From Saprolegnia diclina VS20 (lineage: Eukaryota), in assembly GCF_000281045.1 (NCBI RefSeq), contig NW_008246096.1, forward strand, positions 225,727 through 289,726: a stretch of 64,000 nucleotides of DNA. The letters run 5' to 3'. The translations under genes and the position numbers were made by a program. Below are positions 49,721 through 61,751 of this stretch, in pieces (position 1 is the stretch's first letter; each line of letters opens with the position of its first letter). The notes under the pieces were generated by a model. It made no database searches. It was given only the letters and a program-made list of their open reading frames with translations, and was not told the DNA's origin.

Positions 49721-52700
49721 TCACATGGTGACGGTGGTGCGAAAGTCGTCGAGCTCGTCGGGTGTCAGCGGGTGCGCGAGCATGTGGCTGCAGAGGTTCT
49801 GGCGCACGTGCCAGATCGGCGAGCAGCCCTGGTCGGCGCCAGAGTAGTACTCGAGACGCAGAATGCCTTTCCGAGGCATCGTCTCGTCGCTCGTCCACTG
49901 CGCGTTGAGCTTCCAGCCCGGAATTGTCGTGTCGAGCGTCCACCCAAAGGTCTCGCCAATCCAGTTTTCCCCCTACAATTTAGCAAATCAGAACCATTTG
50001 TCAAATTATTGCGCACCGGCTCGGCGAGCGCAAGCGCAATCAGATATTTTGTGATTTCGCGTTCTTCGTAAATCGCCATGTCGAGCTCATAGTACATTTC
50101 GGGAATCAGCGGCGTCCACGTGTTGAGCCACCCAAGACGGTGCAAGCCTATCGCACATACAACTCCAACGCAAACGCCAAATGTTAGCAATGTACACTGC
50201 GCAACTTCGGCGTCGGTCAAGATCGCTTCGATCTATGCAGCACGACATTATTCTCCACAAAAACGCACCCTAGGAATACCTGGTAAAAGTGATGCAAATC
50301 CACAAGGCGGTCAAACATAAAGACAAGTGCATCGACGCGGCTGGCCGCAAACTCGGGCGGCCACTGCAAGAGGATGCCGCGCACTTGCTGCGCGCTCACG
50401 TAGCGCGTGCAGAGCGCGGCTTGGAGCTCCATGAGCAGCCGACGCGCCGTGAGAACAACCTCGGTCCCATTTTCGCCACTGCACGTAATTGCCGCGCGGT
50501 CGACGGCCGGCGGCGCGTGTTTCATCTGTCGAAGCTCTCGGAGACGCTCGTAGACCTTGGGGGACCGCTTGATGACGCCGTCTTTGCCGACTTTGCGCCA
50601 CTTGGGCGTCTCTTTCACCGGGTTCATCTGGAGCTTCGCAAGCACTTGAGCGAACCGCGTCGACGAGAGCGGTAGCGTTCCTTTCGGGGGGCGCACACGA
50701 TGTACAAAGTCAAACTCGAGCACGCCAAAGCGCCACGTGAGCATCTTTGCATCCAATGTGACCGCGCTGCCGCTGTGGTATGCATTCCGAAAGCAGCGTT
50801 CGTCTGTGGGCTGGAGCGGGTGCAGACGTGGCCACTCGAGCGCGCACTTGTTGTTCATTTCAAGGAGCTTCTTGGCGGTCGACCGGTCGAGCGCATCGGC
50901 GAGGTCAAGCTTGTAGTGGTCGGACGCCATGCCCACGATCGGGCCGTAGGCTTGCAAGAGCAAATGCTGGAGCCGACCGCGCGCAGCTTCGCTGAGGTTG
51001 GTGTCGATGAAGACACAGGCGTTGCGGCAGTCGATCATGTAGGGCAGGAGCGACGCCATCGCATGCACCGTATCGAGCCCTTCCATGATGTGATCGAGAA
51101 TCGTTTGCGCTTGATCGCTTGAGAGCACCATGCCTTGCTTGGCTACGTGAAGGAGCTGCACCTACACGCAGCAGCAGCAGTTGGCGACGGCTTCGCAAAA
51201 CCAGAGATGTACCTTGTTGGCGTTCTCTCGGATGTTGCGCAAAAGGTGGTCCAGACCGCCCACCGTGAGCGACTCGGCCTCGACCGCGTCCGCCGGCAGT
51301 CGAAGATCCACAAAGTCGACGATCCTACGGTTCATCGTCGTGGTTTGAGCGCGAATTGCGAGATTACCAGTGACCGATGGCAGGGACTTCTAACGGTTCG
51401 TTGGTGCGGACGTCGAGGAGCTGCCGCACCGACTGCGCCTGGAGCTTGAGCGCGGCTTGGCGGTACAGCCAGCTCATCATGTCGACAAACTCGTCGACTT
51501 CGATTGTGCCGGATCCGTCGAGGTCGTAGCGTGCCAGCAGCTTTCGCACGTCGCTCTCGCGCGCGTCGAGGCCCAGGCGCCGCATGCCGCGGGCCAGCTC
51601 CGTCTCGTCGATGGCTCCGGACGTATCGTAGTCGAGCTGATGGAAGAGCGCCTCGAGCGCTGCCCGGCTCTGGGGCTCAGCCGTGCCCAACATACCTGGC
51701 GGTGACGTTGTCGTCAAGAGCACCTGCACCGCCATGGGCTTGGCCGAGGCGCGGCGGCTGGCCTTGTTGGGTGGCGGCACATACAGAATGGACTTGAAGC
51801 GACATCCGTTCTTGCGAGTTGCACAGCGCACGAGCTCGATCGCAATGCTGCGTTCGTACGGCACCGCGAGGTCCAATTCGTATTGACCGCTGACGTCGTC
51901 CGGGTTGAACTTGCTCGCATTGTGCACATTTAGATCAAAGTTGCAGCGCTGCATTGAGATCCGGAGCTGCTTGTTGGGGCACTGCGCCACCGCGTGGAAG
52001 AGCGACCGCCCGCCCTGGCTCCCCAGCGGATTGCCATCCAGAACGAGGAAGCGCAGCCGCGCGTTGACAAGGATCGTCTGCGACAAGACGAGCGCCGCCT
52101 GCGCCGAGACGTTGTTGTCGCTAAGGTCGACGCGCTCGAGCTTGCTCGCTACGTTGCTCCCAAGCGCGACGCCGACGGCCGCCGCGCCCATCTCGCCGAT
52201 CGCATTGTACGCGAGGTTAAGCTCGAGGAGTGCGTTGTTGCGACCGAGGCCGCGGCCGATGGCCACCGCACCCGAGAGCCGCAGCGTGTTCCACGACAGA
52301 TCCAGCGACCGAAGCGTCGTGTTGGCCTCGAGCATGGCGCCAATGGCCTCGCCACCGACAAGGGTCGTGCCCCGGGGCGTCTTGCGCCGGCGCTCGTGGG
52401 ACCCCAAGAGGTTGTGCGACAAGTCGAGAAGGTGCACCGACTGGTTCAAGTAGAGTGCGTGCACCTAAAATGGACACTCTGTCCAATTTCTTGCAGAAAA
52501 GGAGATCTACCACCGGACCAATCTCGGCGTCGTCGACATCGGCGTGGCTCATGCGGAGTTCCTGCAGCGCACACACGGGCAACTGGAGGTACGTTGCGAG
52601 CGCGTCGACGCACTCCGAGTCGAGCTTGTTCTCGGAGAGATCGAGAATCGCGATGCGGGGCTTGACCGTCAGTGCGGCGATGATGCTGGGCAGCCCTGCG

Positions 52701-53344
52701 TCGGTGAGGCGGTTGTTGCGGAGGTTCAAGCTAGGGATATTGCCGTCTCACGTCATGGAGACCTGTAGTACCTCGTGACGTTGGGCACGTCGACAATGGA
52801 CGCTGCCCAGACTCTAGCCAGGTCGTCGCCCATGCCATAGTGGCTAATGTCGATTGCAGGCGTCTGCGTCTTGCGCAGCAAGAGGCCCGCGCTCGGTGGC
52901 AGCTCGCGCTCGAGGCACAGCGACGCAAACTCGTGGCGCGCGGTGAACGGCTCGCAGAGCATCGTGTCAAAGTCGGGCTCGTCCTACGCCGGCATCATCA
53001 ATTCTAATCGACAAGATCGATGAGCATCGTTGTCGTACATCGTCCTCGGGGATCACAGCCTTGTAAGCGGTAAGGTCGAGCTCTGGGAGCTGGTGCGCGC
53101 GACTGCGAGGCTCGACGTCCAAGTGCTGGCGCGACACCATGGTGCGAAAGAGCTGTACAAACTCCGACTTAGCCGTGCGCCCGCAGTACTTGGTGTCGGC
53201 GTCGACGTGCGTGAGGGCGACCTCAGGGTTGCTCGTCGCTTCGACCGGCCGCATCGACGGCGGGTCTGGGATCGTGAGGCCTGTGAATTTGAGGAATTTT
53301 TCAGCGGGTGTCAAGCTGGCCGTGAGTGAGCTTGAAGTGATCAT
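49721..53344 (-). CDS. RNI-like LRR protein with EF-hand pair and repeated YxLD[LM] domains
   Basis: LRRs (LNLRNNRL, LDLSENKL, LDLSWNTL, LNLAYNAI); EF-hands DYDTSGAIDETE and DLDGSGTIEVDE; ends TTVTM*. Confidence 0.8.
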
Positions 53345-54039
53345 TGTAGCGTATGGTGCAATCGACCTAACCACAGGGTCGAATACGAGCCGCCCGTAAC
53401 CGCAGAGCTACTGTACTGCATCACACTCTCGGGTAAACACCATGATGAGTGGCGAAGTCGGCGAATGCTTGCGTTGCGGCGAAGGCGCGTCTGTCCTTGG
53501 TCGCTCGGCGTGATGACGGCCATCGCGAGAAGATCGCAACCGATTGTGACATCGAAAGCAGCGGTTTTGGCTAAAGCCACGCAACGCTACTCGCACCCAA
53601 CTTAGCGGTGGGACTTGCGTCTTTGATATGACGATGGTATACGCTTTGCTTCCAATAATGGCACGCTACCTGCATGTATTGTCCGTTGTATCTCGCACAG
53701 CGAAAAGGCGCGGGCTGCGCGCGCGGCCTCTGGTGGTGCCGGATGATTACCACCATGTGGTTGCGTGGAACTAGCCTACTGACGACTGGCCTAATTTAAT
53801 TCGTTGCAACTCAATTGCATACAAAGTGGTAGGTCCCGCCAATAAAAAGCACCCAATCGCGTGCGAGATCCTCTCCAAACGAGTACTTATTCTGAGAGTT
53901 GGCAATAAATAAGAAGAACTGGTCGCACTTCGGACCGTCTACCTCGCCGAGGACGACCCGCCCACCTGCATGTCTGGTACGACCTGCGTCGTCGATACCC
54001 TTCTCATGCACAGCGATCGTAGGCGGCGTAGGCTTCTCG

Positions 54040-54783
54040 ATGCCAGAGTACCCGCGCAAGCGCAAGGCGACCTCGGATGAGCTCGGTTTCTCGGACGATG
54101 GGACGCACGACATGACCGCCATGGACAGCGGCGGCAATGGCAACGCCAATGGCACACTCACTGCCCGCGCCGAGACGGGCTCGCTCAAGATCAAGATCCG
54201 AAGGACCGGCAAGTCGGCAGTCTCGACACCCTCCAACAGCGCGGCAACGACAGCGACAGCAGCCCCACCAGCGATGAACAATGGCTTGAACAACAACATG
54301 TTTGGTGGGGCCATGTTCGCGCCACCGCCAGCGATGCCCTTCTTCCCGCCCATGATGGACCCGTCCATGTCCAGTGGCTTCCTCAGCATGCCGATGATGC
54401 CGATGATGCCGATGATGCCCATGATGAACCTCTCCACCATGAGTCTGGGGTCGCAAACCAGCTCGACAGACATGGCACCACCTGCGTCGCTTCCATTCCC
54501 GACGTCGGCCGCACCTAGCATCGACCTCGGACCACCCCCGCCGTCGGGCCCCGCGCTCACCGTCGAGCACTCGCTCATGGGCGGCGGGATTGAGCTGCAA
54601 AACGTCGTCAACGTCGACACGCAAAATTTCGACTGGAACCGCAAGGCCGCCGCGAATAATAGCAGCGGCAGCAGCAGTGATGAGACGGTCACGGGCCGGC
54701 CGCGGTCCGAGTCGCTCCCCAACTTGAACCTCCTCGACGGACTCTCCTTACAGCGCGAATCATCGTTCTTCAAAGAAATATAG
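54040..54783 (+). CDS. Hypothetical low-complexity protein (NLS-like PRKRK; Met/Pro-rich)
   Basis: Open frame from ATG 54040, including an (MPM)n tract. Confidence 0.6.
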   Translation: MPEYPRKRKATSDELGFSDDGTHDMTAMDSGGNGNANGTLTARAETGSLKIKIRRTGKSAVSTPSNSAATTATAAPPAMNNGLNNNMFGGAMFAPPPAMPFFPPMMDPSMSSGFLSMPMMPMMPMMPMMNLSTMSLGSQTSSTDMAPPASLPFPTSAAPSIDLGPPPPSGPALTVEHSLMGGGIELQNVVNVDTQNFDWNRKAAANNSSGSSSDETVTGRPRSESLPNLNLLDGLSLQRESSFFKEI

Positions 54784-54829
54784 ATGGCAGTGTGTATGTG
54801 CACATCAACCTCGTCTTGCGACTGCGCAA

Positions 54830-55447
54830 TTACTCGACCTTCGTGAGCGTCCAGAGGTCGTCGCCGAGGAAGTGGCCAAGCTCGATCGCAATGCCCTTGT
54901 TGACGCTCCGCCTACATATCAGCATGCGACCTCGCAGTGAGGAGGACAAAAGAACGTACACGTCGGCGGTCGACATTTGCATGATACCGACGCCCATCGC
55001 GAGTTCCTTGCCTTCGGCCATGATGGCGACGGGCTCGCCCTTCTCAATGTCCTCAAGCATCGACCCGCCCTTGGACGTGAGGCCCGGCGCCATGATGTTG
55101 GCACCCGAGAGCACATACGGGATCGCACCCTTGTCGGCGCGGACCTGCTTCATGAGGTTCGGGATCTTGTGGAGGAGCTTGAGCGTCGGCAAGAACGGGC
55201 CATCGCGCATGTTAAAGAAGAGGGGCGTGCCATCTTCGGCGACGACAATCTGGAGGTGCTCCGTGCCCGAGCACTTGGCGACGAGCAGCGGCGCCTTCTT
55301 GGGGAGGAGCTCCTCCATGAGCGCGCTATCGTTGGCGTCGAGGAGCGGGTACTGCTCCGCGATGCGCTGGCAGATCTTGCGCTGGACCGAGGTCTTGACC
55401 TTGGAGATGTTGGAGACGTGCTCGTCGACGGAGAAGCGCTTGAACAT
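54830..55447 (-). CDS. MCTS1: MCTS1/Tma20 translation re-initiation factor (PUA domain)
   Basis: MFKRFS..SKVKTSVQRKI, PTLKLLHK, DKGAIPYVLSGANIMAPGLTS, NKGIAIELGHFLGDDLW; one intron. Confidence 0.95.
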   Translation of the reverse strand: MFKRFSVDEHVSNISKVKTSVQRKICQRIAEQYPLLDANDSALMEELLPKKAPLLVAKCSGTEHLQIVVAEDGTPLFFNMRDGPFLPTLKLLHKIPNLMKQVRADKGAIPYVLSGANIMAPGLTSKGGSMLEDIEKGEPVAIMAEGKELAMGVGIMQMSTADVYVLLSSSLRGRMLICRRSVNKGIAIELGHFLGDDLWTLTKVE

Positions 55448-55614
55448 GCTGGTGCTTGGACGTCCACTACGTGTGTTTGCAACTTCCAGTGGTTCCGCCC
55501 TCAAACTCAAACTCAATTTTTTTATTTGCATTTTTTACGCTTTTTGAAAAACAGCCCCTCGCCCCACCGAGCGACGCGCAAGGCCCACGGACGTCGTAGT
55601 CAACCACGCTTGAC

Positions 55615-56347
55615 TTAACCGCAGATCTCGCGGAGCTTGGCCGCGATCTCGTTGTACATGGGCTTGGCCTGGGGCAGCGTCGGAAACTTGTGGCCATCCG
55701 GGTGGACAAACATCGTGCGACTCGAGCTCTCGTACGCGCCCACGAGCTTCTTGGACCACGAAAAGATGGCGTCCGTCTCGCCGAGCACGTGGATCGACGG
55801 AATGTCCAAGTGGTACGAGCTCCCAGAGCGCAGCGCCTCGGGCATACCGTCGCGCGCGAGGAGGCCGCAGAAGAGCAAGACAGCCTTGTACGGCGGCGGC
55901 GTGCCGTGGCTGAGGTAGTGCGCCGTCAAGATCGTCGTCATGGCCGTGCCCTGCGAGAAGCCCAGGACCGCGTCAAAGGGCCCGAGCGCGTCGACTTGGC
56001 CGAGCAGAAAGTCCAGCGACCGTGGTAGGCCGACGTAGTCGCTGCGCTTGGGCGTCGTCTCGGTCGCCGGCGTCTCGACATGGTCCCACCACTCGTAGTA
56101 CGGTCCGTTCTTGCCAAAGAAGAGCTCGACTTCGGCGTGCGCAGGCCCAGACGCGCGGTGCGGCGCGTTCAGGCTCACAAACTCGACGCCGTCCTTGCCA
56201 CCCAGCGCTTGCTGGAGCCCAACCATCTGCACCTGCAGTACCTTGTTGCTCGTGCGCCAGCCATGTCTACAAGTAGCAGTCGTTGGCGCCCATGCACGCA
56301 GCTCGTACGACGTACAGACAGAGGATGCGCAGCTTCCGGCCGGCCAT
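55615..56347 (-). CDS. FSH1/OVCA2-family serine hydrolase
   Basis: LRILCL|HGWRT, GPFDAVLGFSQG nucleophile, HVLGETD, HPDGH. Confidence 0.92.
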
Positions 56348-56689
56348 TCTCAATTGGCCGCGTTCGGTTCAGTCAGACAGGGTATCCGGACGATCGCTGG
56401 CGGCTTCGGCAGGAACACCATATCTGCACCTTTGCAGCTCCGGAGCTAGGAGCTGTGCCAACGCTGTTGCACTCATGGCTCTTGATGGCGCCTCCGTGTC
56501 TGCCAGCTGAGCTCTTCCTGCATCGGTGCTCATCCTACAAGCTCGGTGTCTGTGCATGTATGGTTCTCGTATCGCATCGTCCTCCTCGCAGGTCGCTGCT
56601 GCAGTCGGTCTCCACCTGCAATAAATGAGCCACTTGCATTACTTCAACACCGCTAGCAGCTAGTACAGTCCTATCAATCTAGAGACGGC

Positions 56690-58175
56690 TTAGAGTTGAT
56701 ACTCCTTGGCGAGCCACGCCTTGACGCTCTCCACGTGGCCCTTCACGGCCGCGGCGCTCGTGCCACCAGGCACGTTCTTGCGCTCGACGCTCGAGTCAAA
56801 GTTCCAGACGTCCATAACGTCCGGTGCAAAGCTGCTGTGCAGCGACTGGAGCTCGGCGAGCGTCAGCGCCGAGAGTGGCTTGTTGGCGTCTTCAGCGAGA
56901 CGGACCGCCGCGCCTGCGACGTGGTGCGTCTCGCGGAAGGGCACGCCGCGGCGCACGAGGTACTCGGCGAGGTCTGTCGCGAGCATCTCCGTCACCAGAA
57001 ACGCGCGCATCTTCTCGCCGTGGGGCGTGAGCGTCGCCAGGACGCCGGCCGCAATCTGGATGCAGTCGACCATGCTGTCAATGCAGTAAAAGAGCGCTGC
57101 CTTGTCTTCCTGGAGGTCCTTGTTGTAGCTGCGCGGGAGGCCCTTGAGCGTGATCATGAAGCCGTTGAGGCGGCCAATGATGGCACCCGACTTGCCGCGG
57201 AGGAGCTCGAGCGCGTCCGGGTTCTTCTTCTGCGGCATGAGACTGCTGCCCGTGCTGTACGCGTCGGCCATCGTCACAAATTTCTAGGGTTCCATGAGCC
57301 TTGCAGCGTAGAGAAGGACGAATGCTACCAGCGTGTTGTAGATGATGAGGTCTTCCGAGAGCTGCGAAAAGTGAATCATGGTCATCGACGCCCAAAACAT
57401 AAACTCGACGATGAAGTCGCGGTCGCACACGGCGTCCTAGCATCGTATCAGTACGAGTCTTCTGGACCCCGCTGTAGTGACGTACGAGGCTGTTGGGAGA
57501 GAGGCGGGCAAAGCCGAGCTCGGACGCGAGCAAGGCGCGGTCAATGCCAAACGAGTGGCCGGCAAGCGCGCCGCTACCAAGGGGCAGGACGTCGACGCGC
57601 TTTGACAAGTCGTTCAGACGCTCGACGTCACGCTGGAGCGCCGCCACGTGGGACATGACCCAGTGCGAGAACCGAATTGGCTGCGCCGGTTGCAAATGCG
57701 TAAAGCCTGGCATGAGGAGGGTCATGTGCGTCTCGGCCAAGTGCGTCGCGACCGCGAGGAGCTCGCCCATTTGGTGGCTCAGACCCTTGACGGCTTCCTT
57801 GACGTACAGGCGCACATCGGTGGCGACTTGGTCGTTGCGGCTGCGGCCCGTATGAAGCTTCCCGCCGGCACTGCCAATGAGCTCTGTGAGCCGGCGCTCG
57901 TTGGCGGTGTGGATGTCTTCGTCGCCAGCACAGACGACAAACTTTTTGTCGGCCCACTCGGCGTGGACGAGGTCGAGGCCATGCTGGATCTGCGCGTTCT
58001 CGTCGGCGGTGATGACGCCAGCGGCCGCGAGCGCCTTGGCGTAGGCCTTGCTGCCTTGGATGTCGGCCGCCCACATGCGCTGGTCAACGCTGAGGCTCTC
58101 GTTGAACTTGTTCATGACCGGGTCTAGCGCGCCGCTGAACCGGCCGCCCCAGAGCTTCTTGCCACTTGCTGCCAT
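56690..58175 (-). CDS. argH: Argininosuccinate lyase
   Basis: [62 protein letters not shown]. Confidence 0.97.
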
Positions 58176-58841
58176 GCTTGTCTTGCCGGTTGGAGTCGAA
58201 ATCTTTTTTGCTCTGCCAAGGTGCGATCCAACGCGTCAACCGGATATCGTATCCGGTTAAATGGATCGCGGCGCACCCAATTTTGGCCAATCAAACGAAA
58301 GCCGTCGGTGCCAGTTGAAGTTGGTGACCACAAGAACGTCCGAGAGACCGCAAGCTTCTTATCGTGGCAGCACGTACGTAGGATCATCGTCATACGGGAT
58401 GTGCCACGGCCGCTGACGTCACAGCGTCAGTCGACAAGGCGAATATGACCAATATCAATAATCTTGCAAATAATTGTACTAGTACTTTGTAATCGCGCGC
58501 CAACTCGCAGCTCAATTTCGTAGTGTAAGCCAGTAAGGTCAGGTGCAACTCGCACGCAGCTCAATCTCGCAGTAGCTCTCGTAGTGTAAGCCAGAAAGGG
58601 CAGGTCCGTCGAGTCCGTAGGACGCTTTGTATACCATCCGTCCACCTGGCTATGACATTTCTCTACAGCAACAAGGCCGTAGCGCGATCGCAGATCGCTA
58701 CAAGTATGCACCTGACGCAGTTTGAACGCCGAGTCTGTCGTGTCGAATGCATCGACGCACTGCAGCATCGCACGCACTGGGAGTAGGACAAATTGACCAT
58801 TGTCGCTGGCGGAAAACTGACTTGGCAGCCGTTTTGAATCG

Positions 58842-61703
58842 ATGAGCAGCAAGGTGCCATTGAAGTGACAACTGGTGTGTTGAGCTGCGCGTAGATCCGC
58901 GTGGTTGTGCGCGTGCGGCCGCCGCTCTCGATTGAGAAGGCGCACCAGTGCACGAGCCTCGTGTTGGACCCGCGGGCCAAGCGCGTCCGGCTCGGAAAGG
59001 ACGCGGCAAAGGATTTTCAATTCGACCAAGTCTTTGAGCCGACGACGACCCAGAGCGAGCTGTACGAGCGCACGGGCGTCGCCAGCATGATCGCCAGCGT
59101 TCTAGACGGGTACGCATTTCTATCACTGACGTCAACGACGTTAGCATAGGTTTCACGCGACCATCTTTGCCTACGGCCAGACCGGGTCGGGCAAAACCTT
59201 TAGCATGGAAGGCTACGAGTACGAGGTGCGCCTCATGTTGCTACCACTCCGAGCTCAAATTGGAAGCAGAAAACAGCATCCCGGCCCACTGAGCGCGTGA
59301 ACGCCCGGCCCAAAGTCGACGTGTCGTCCGACCGCCTTGGCGTACGAGCGGCCATCGCCTTTGATGTCGATCAACGATGGCTAGATCGTCCCTCGTGTGA
59401 TCTTGGGCATCTACAATGCGGTGGCGAGCGCCGACAAGGTACACGCACGCGGAAGGTCCATAGAGCGGAAGATGATGCATGTTTAGATCCGCGAGTATAC
59501 GATTCGATGCTCGTTTGTTCAGATCTACAACGAGCAGGTACCCGTCCCACATCTCGTGCGCGTGCATCGACCGCACTAGATCCTCGACCTCTTGAACCCA
59601 AGTCTGGGGGCCGCCACAAAGTACTACGAAAGGACGACTACCATTTGCAATGGCACGCACTAGGTCGCTTCGACTGCGCTGGGCAGCCACCCACGAGTTT
59701 TACGTTGAGAACCTCATCACGATCACGTGCACGAGCGCCGACGAGGTTCGGGCGCTAACGGTTGGCATGTGTTTCTACTGTGTCTAGATGCTGTCGAAAT
59801 TCCAAGACGGCGTCAAGCACAAAATCATGGCATCGCACAACCTCAACGCAGCGTCGTCGCGGTCCCACTGCATCTACACCTTGTATGTCGAGAGTGTCGA
59901 TACGACCAACCCCGAAGACGTGGTCAAGGCCAAGCTCTCGCTCGGTGCCGCACCTCCTTGTATGACACTTGACTACACCGGAACCTAGTCGACTTGGCTG
60001 GCTCGGAGCGCGTGGTCAAGACGGGCGCGACCGGTAGGCCTTGTTAGAGCAAGCACAGCAAACGCTAGAGTAGGGGTCACGCTGCAAGAGTCGATCGGCA
60101 TCAACAAGTCGCTCTTCGTCTTGCGCCAAGTGATTCAGACGCTCAGCGACGAGGCCAAAGACGGAGGCGACACCAAACACGTACCATACCGCGACTCGAA
60201 GCTCACGGCGCTTCTCAAGCACAGGTTCTTACGCCGGACGGATCGGTACATTCACGCTGCGTGTAGCTTGGGTGGCAACAGCATCACGCTTATGATCGCT
60301 TGCCTCTCGCCCAGCGACGTCTATATGGACGAGAACCTGAGCACGCTCGTGTATGCGGCCCGCGCGCAGGTAAGCGATGAATTCCACTCACGGGTGCCCC
60401 ACGCTACCTAGTCGATTGCCAACAAGCCAACCAAGAACGAAGACCCCAAGACGCTCTTGATCCAGCAGCTTCGCGACGAAGTTGCGCAGCTCAAAGCACA
60501 GCTGGCCCACGTGCGTACCTTATTTGATTATTTCAGTGGAAGATCGCTGGGTAGGCCCACGACGTGATTATGCAGCTGGGGGGCAAGGACGAACGCGTGC
60601 TGGGATCTATGAGCAGTCAGCGCCAGAGCGACCAGGAAGGAACGGCGGCGCTGCCCACAACGACAAGGCACAAGACGAGCGACAACAACGAATGTGATCC
60701 GCGGCTCGAGCCTGCGGCTCCGCTTGCCAAGCCGGGCAAACTTCTGGCACAACCAAGCCGCAACAACAACCAAGAAAAGGACAGTGCGGTGACGTTGTCA
60801 CCGTCCTCAACCAAAGCAAACGAGGCGCAAGCGACTGTCGAAACCACCAAGTTGCAGCTGCACGTCATCGACAACGTGTCGCTGATCAAAACCATGTTTC
60901 AAGTTGATACATTGATACACGCGTCTCGTTCTCGAAGTGGCTTTTGCAATAGAACGAGCGAACGCTGCGGCTCGCGCTGGAGAAAGCCCAAGGCGACGTC
61001 GGCGCACAGACGGCGGAAGTACGCGCGCTCAACCTCGAGAACCGCGCGCTACGGGAGGTTGGCAGCTTGATTCTTGAGCCAGCTTGATCGTATCGGGCAT
61101 GCTACTAGCGCATGGAGGTCCTCGAGTACTTGGCACTCGGCGCTGATGACGGCGTGTCCTTGGCGCGGCCCTCCCAAGACCGCATCGACAACGTGCTCAC
61201 GGAGCGCGCAGCTTCTTCTACCCTACCCCCTCCGAGTCTTGCAACAACCAGCAGTCGGACCCTCTAGCCTCCCACCAACCTGACTCACAACCTAGAACCC
61301 GCTACTGTCGACGCCAAGCCAACGCACGAGACTGGCGTGCTCTCGGTACCCGACGTCGTGTTGGAACTGATCCACAAGGCCACTTGGTAGATCAGTGAGC
61401 TCCGCCATCTCCTGAGTGGCAAGCCCAAGTACCCCTTTCTGGCGTCGCTTTATGTACAGACTTGTCCTGCGTAGATCGAGCGATGCGCCAGCGCAACGCA
61501 ACCGGGCGACCCGGCGTGTGCATAGCGCCGCCGACATTCCCACCCGCCCGTCGCTGCTCGAGCAAGGTGGGCGCTACAACGTCACTACTGGAAAATGCGA
61601 GTCCTACGGTGTAGACCCGACAGAGACGCTATCGGAGCTCAACCGGTTACTACGCGCCAAGGCCACCCTCAAAGCAGCTTCCAGTCGACCCACTCCGTTA
61701 TAG
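58842..61703 (+). CDS. Kinesin motor protein (many short introns; subfamily not assigned)
   Basis: IRVVVRVRP, FAYGQTGSGKT, NAASSRSH, LVDLAGSER, INKSLFVL, HVPYRDSKLT. The 3' exons are approximate. Confidence 0.9.
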
Positions 61704-61751
61704 AAAGAGAGCTATAGACAGTGGAAACATGCAACATTATTGTCCGTCGAT

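Noticed and set aside
54388..54426. (ATGCCGATG)n repeat
   Set aside because: A coding low-complexity (MPM)n tract, not a separate element.
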